Assembly: GCA_048213135.1 (NCBI GenBank) | Contig: PS015045.1 | Coordinates: 99,100 to 119,099 of the forward strand | Direction: 5' to 3' | DNA from: Reclinomonas americana ATCC 50394 | Lineage: Eukaryota | DNA length: 20,000 nt | Part shown: in pieces, positions 15,360 through 20,000 of the stretch | Layout: each line of letters starts with the position of its first letter | How positions within the stretch are numbered: position 1 is the first letter of the stretch | Made by a program: the position numbers and the translations under genes | Notes under the pieces: generated by a model | What the model was told of the DNA's origin: nothing | Databases searched by the model: none | Seen by the model: the letters and a program-made list of their open reading frames with translations, nothing else

Positions 15360-17025
15360 CACTGAGAGGGAGAAAGCGCGAGAAAGTCTTCAGGCGCCTA
15401 CACCTGCGTTTGTTGTCGCCTGCCTCTCTCACGCGCTGTCTCTCGCTCTCTCTCTCTCTCTCGCTCGCACGCACACACGTGCTCACAGAGAGAAAGAGAT
15501 AGGGAGAAGGCGCCTACACCTGCGCTGTAGTTGTCGCCCGCCTCTCTCTCTCTCACACACACACACAAAGGGAAAGAGAAAGCGGCAGAAAGAGTGATCA
15601 CGATTGGTGACAGGCGTTGCTCATTCACGCGTGAGTTGTGAGCTGACTCGTTTGTATGCTTGCTTTTCTCAGCGTCCTCAGCGCAAGTGGTGAGTCTCCG
15701 CTCTCTTTGTCGTGCTTCGTGATCGTCGTGCTGACGAGCCAACTGCAGCGATTGGACCGAGCAGTCATGCGACTGCCGAGGCGGTGGATGCAGTGGCACC
15801 GGCGGCCGTGGAAGTGCCTGCAGCGAGTGCAGCGGCGACTGGTGAGATGAAGGGCAGGGACGAGGGGAAGGAAAGCTGATTGGGAATTGTTTCGCCGTCT
15901 CGTTCTCCTTCTCGTATGTTTTTCGTGATGTGTGCCATCGTTGACGTCTTTTCTTGTTGCTGCATTCCCGTGATCAGTCTTTGACTGTGGTCGTCACGTA
16001 ATTGCTGTCGTCTTGTTGTTCTCTTGTTCAGTGTCTCCGCAGCGTCGGCCTTCCCATCACCTCTCTTTCTCTCTCCTTTACCCCTTGCTCCTCCCCTTGT
16101 CTTCCGCCTTGCTCCTCCCCCCTGTCTTCCCCNNNNNNNNNNNNNNNNNNNNCCATGTGTCTCTCGCTCTGTATTTGCAATTCCTGTTCCCTTCCGCCTC
16201 AGCATTATTATCATTCACATCGTTCCTCGCTGTCCCTCCCCCATCTTTCTCCTTGACTATTCTTATTCGTGCTCCGTTTCTTTGCGCAATCTGTTGTGCT
16301 TTATCCCGCGCTTTCTTCCTCTAACCCTTGCCCCTTCCCCCTTCTCCCTTCCCCCTTCTCCCCCCTCTTCAGACCCCGCCTCCTCCTCCGCCACCCTCAC
16401 CATTTCATCCTCTGGCGAGAGCTCCTCCTCCTCCGCCCCGCGTGGTCCCGTCCGCCTCTCCCGACACCGACCACCACACGACCCACTGGAGACCAAGGGA
16501 GAGCGATTTGACAGAATTCTCGCGGCCCCCAATGTCGATCTCGGTGCGCATCATTTTCTCACTCACAGTCTCTTCTTCGCACTCCTCAATTCGTTATGGG
16601 GTGCAGAGAAATTGAGGACGGCCAGCTGGACGGGTATTCCGGTGCGCGTCAGGGCGCTCTCATGGAAGCTGCTGGCTGTTGCGTTGTTGTGTTGCAGCAC
16701 ATGCTGTCGCCGTCGACCGAGTGCTAATGCGCATGTGGATTCGGTGCAGAATTACCTGCCGTGTCCCGAGGAAAGCCGCGCGTCCACGCTGCACCGGAAG
16801 CGACAAGAGTACCTGACGATGGTGCCCACGTATTTCTCGGCCACCCGCAATGATTACGAGGAGGCTATTTACAAGCAGGTGAGCGGGGGAGAGGAGGAGA
16901 AGGGAAGAGAGGCCCACTAGGTCAGGCAGTTGTGCGCGGTGCGCACTCTGTGCGCGAGATTGGTTTCGCGGTGTTTGCTGTCCTCTGCAAGCTTGTGTCG
17001 CGAAGATAGAAGGAAGCCGCAGATG

Positions 17026-17076
<51 letters not shown>

Positions 17077-18160
17077 ATGGTCCGAAGATAGTCATCTCTG
17101 TGGACAGATAAGGGCACATTCACTGTGCTGTGCTCAATCACTCGTTCGCTCACATATGCTCTTCATCCGCTCTCTTGGTCACTCTCTTGCTCTCTCCAGT
17201 TGTGCTTCCTATTGCTCTCCTCGCCCTCATTCTTGCCTATCTTTGTTCGCTTTGGACACAACAGGAGGAATAACTCGGCTTTGTAGCTCTCTTGTGCTCG
17301 AATTCTCAACTGACAGAGCAGAGAGATGTGCGATTGAGTCTGAATGCTTGTCGCTCACTCTGGTTTCCGCAGATTCACATTGACATTCCCCGCACCAATC
17401 CCGACGTACCGCTCTTCCAAGTGAAGGAAGTGCAAGAGGTATCACGCCCACACGCGATTTGTTCTCTACACGCTGTCTGTCCGTGTCTGTGTCTCTGAAT
17501 ATTTGTCTCTCTCATTTTCTGCCTCGTGCTCTCTCTCCCTCTCTCACACACACATACTCGCGCCAGCGCACACACACTCTGTCTGTCTGTCCGACTCTCT
17601 GTTTCTGTCTATATATCTCACTTTCTCTCTCTCTCTCTATCTGCTCCTCTCTCTTTCTGTCTGTCTGCATGTCTGTGTGCATTTCTCTCTTTGTCTCCCT
17701 ATTTCTGTCTGTGTGTCTCTCTCACTTTCCGTCTCTCTCTCTCTCTCTCGCTCGATCTCTTGTGCTTTCTCTTTCTCTCGCACACACGGACACACACTTT
17801 GTCTGTCTGTCTGTGTTTCTTCACTTTGTGTGCCTCTCTCTCTTTCTCGTGCACACACACACGCTGTCTTTCTGTCATCCGGCTCTCTGTTGCTGTCTGT
17901 GTCTCTCTCTCACTCTCTCTCCCTCCCTCCCTCCCGCCCTCTCTCTCCTTCGCTCTCTCTTTCTGTCACTCTCTCCCTCGCTGTCCTTCAGCCTCTCCCT
18001 TTCTGTCTTCGTCCGCCCTTGCTGATCTCTCTTGCCGCTCAGTTGCTGGAGAGGATATTGTACATTTGGTCGATTCGGCATCCCGCCAGTGGCTACGTGC
18101 AGGGCATCAACGACTTGGTGACTCCCTTCATCACGGTGTTCATGGCCGACGCATATCCTG
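13992..18160 (+). CDS. TBC1D22: TBC-domain Rab GTPase-activating protein, TBC1D22/Gyp1-like (partial; continues past 18160)
   Basis: Exons 13992-14281, 15673-15689 (tentative), ~15749-15841, 16373-16543, 16607-16677, 16750-16878, 17373-17438 and 18043-18160. They give LRTASWTGIPVRVRALSWKLLANYLP, QIHIDIPRTNP (IxxDxxR) and LLERILYIWSIRHPASGYVQGINDLVTPF (YxQ), characteristic of the Gyp1/TBC1D22 subfamily. Linkage of the low-complexity N-terminal exons is less certain. Confidence 0.88.
14480..15365. repeat. Compound (AC)/(AG)/(TC) microsatellites around N gap 14575-15262
   Basis: Direct observation. Confidence 0.95.
17460..18020. repeat. CT/TCTG-rich low-complexity intron of the TBC gene
   Basis: Direct observation between donor 17439 and acceptor 18042. 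Confidence 0.9.
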
Positions 18161-18219
18161 GTGCGTGTGCGCGGAGAAAGAGAGGGAGAGAGGCATCGGG
18201 GAAGGGAAAGTGAGATAAA

Positions 18220-18220
18220 A

Positions 18221-18265
<45 letters not shown>

Positions 18266-18972
18266 AGGAGGAAGAGANNNNNNNNNNNNNNNNNNNNNNN
18301 NNNNNNNNNNNNNNNNNNNNNNNNNNNNNNNNNNNNNNNNNNNNNNNNNNNNNNNNNNNNNNNNNNNNNNNNNNNNNNNNNNNNNNNNNNNNNNNNNNNN
18401 NNNNNNNNNNNNNNNNNNNNNNNNNNNNNNNNNNNNNNNNNNNNNNNNNNNNNNNNNNNNNNNNNNNNNNNNNNNNNNNNNNNNNNNNNNNNNNNNNNNN
18501 NNNNNNNNNNNNNNNNNNNNNNNNNNNNNNNNNNNNNNNNNNNNNNNNNNNNNNNNNNNNNNNNNNNNNNNNNNNNNNNNNNNNNNNNNNNNNNNNNNNN
18601 NNNNNNNNNNNNNNNNNNNNNNNNNNNNNNNNNNNNNNNNNNNNNNNNNNNNNNNNNNNNNNNNNNNNNNNNNNNNNNNNNNNNNNNNNNNNNNNNNNNN
18701 NNNNNNNNNNNNNNNNNNNNNNNNNNNNNNNNNNNNNNNNNNNNNNNNNNNNNNNNNNNNNNNNNNNNNNNNNNNNNNNNNNNNNNNNNNNNNNNNNNNN
18801 NNNNNNNNNNNNNNNNNNNNNNNNNNNNNNNNNNNNNNNNNNNNNNNNNNNNNNNNNNNNNNNNNNNNNNNNNNNNNNNNNNNNNNNNNNNNNNNNNNNN
18901 NNNNNNNNNNNNNNNNNNNNNNNNNNNNNNNNNNNNNNNNNNNNNNNNNNNNNNNNNNNNNNNNNNNNNNNN

Positions 18973-19031
<59 letters not shown>

Positions 19032-19786
19032 TGGGGAAATAGACAGGAAACAAGAATTCGGAGACTGATAGCAAATCATCGATTGTGAGTGCAGAAAGTG
19101 AAGGCGGGGGAGATCACAATTGTGGGAGGCGTGTTAGAGAGGGAAGAAAAGAAAAGACAGAGTAACAAGTAGTCGGAGATTAACAGCGAATCAGGAAGTG
19201 TTCGTGAAAGAGCTGGAGATGGGAAGGTGGGAGGGATAGAGAGGGAGATTGAGAAGGATTGAGATAGTGAATTGGGATGAATGACGGTCGGAGAACAGTG
19301 AGATTGGCAGCGATTCAGCGTGTGTGGTCGAAGAAAAAAGATGTAAGGTGGGCGAGAGATCGAGAGTGAGGGAGAGAGCGTTAGCAAGAAGGATACTTAC
19401 AGCGATTCAGCATTGTGTGTGACGGATGAGTGGTGGAGAGGGGGGAGGGATAGATAGGGAGATTGAGAAGGATTGAGCGAGATAATGAGATAGTGCATTA
19501 AGATGAATGACTGCCGGCGAACAGAGAGATTGACAACGAGAGATAGAGAGGTGGAGGGAGATAGGGAGTGAGGAAGAAAGACGGAAAAGAGAGAGACGAG
19601 CAACAACGTGGGAGAGAGATAGTTGCGAACGACATGAAAGACGTGAAAGTGAGTATGTGAGAAAACTGCAGACGAGCGAGACAGAGTTGTGAATCACCAA
19701 GTGTGTGTGCATGCGAGTGAGAAGGAAAGTGCGAGAGACAGGAAATGAAGTGATGGGAAGAGATAGGCTTCGCGCGCGTGTGTGTG

Positions 19787-19875
<89 letters not shown>
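18220..19875. repeat. AG-rich intronic region with (AG)n tracts, N gap 18278-18971 and an imperfect ~130-bp duplication (~19230 vs ~19445)
   Basis: gggagattgagaaggattgag and gatgaatgac each occur twice; long AG runs. Confidence 0.8.
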
Positions 19876-19877
<2 letters not shown>

Positions 19878-20000
19878 TACGTACGTACGTAGTAACGTAA
19901 CGTAACGTAAGTACGTAGTACGTAGTACGTACGTACGTACGTACGTACGTACGTACGTACGTACGTTACGTTACGTTACGTTACGTTACGTACGTTCCGT

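Noticed and set aside
14255-19079. Long ORFs made of X, ER, LS or HT runs
   Set aside because: Artefacts of N gaps and dinucleotide repeats.
19875-20000. (TACG)n/(TAACG)n/(TTACG)n quasi-palindromic tract, possibly telomere-like
   Set aside because: It follows a long (AG)n run and mirrors the TACG flow order of 454 pyrosequencing, so it is most likely low-quality read-tail artefact.

Overview
Intron-rich microbial-eukaryote DNA with short GT-AG introns, many microsatellites and six N gaps; the lineage cannot be determined from this window. The first ~12.8 kb is a cluster of two interleaved gene families. Family 1 comprises multi-exon genes that, when spliced by hand, encode a class-3 (Lipase_3-type) alpha/beta-hydrolase, a helical linker and a 42-aa TPR array. 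Copy B (7097-11236, +) appears complete, copy A (<1-3149, -) runs off the window just as its TPRs begin, and a truncated copy C lies at 4860-5222. Family 2 comprises intronless stand-alone WD40 propeller genes sharing a distinctive C-terminal tail: two near-intact copies, one pseudogene and one remnant. Part of the cluster arose by a ~2.07-kb tandem duplication. A cryptic, degenerate ~150-160-bp tandem repeat follows at ~13160-13830. The rest of the window holds the 5' part of a TBC1D22/Gyp1-like Rab-GAP gene (from 13992, +). Best candidate for a novel system: a lipase-TPR plus WD40 cluster that resembles an NLR-like effector/sensor locus lacking a NOD domain (inference).
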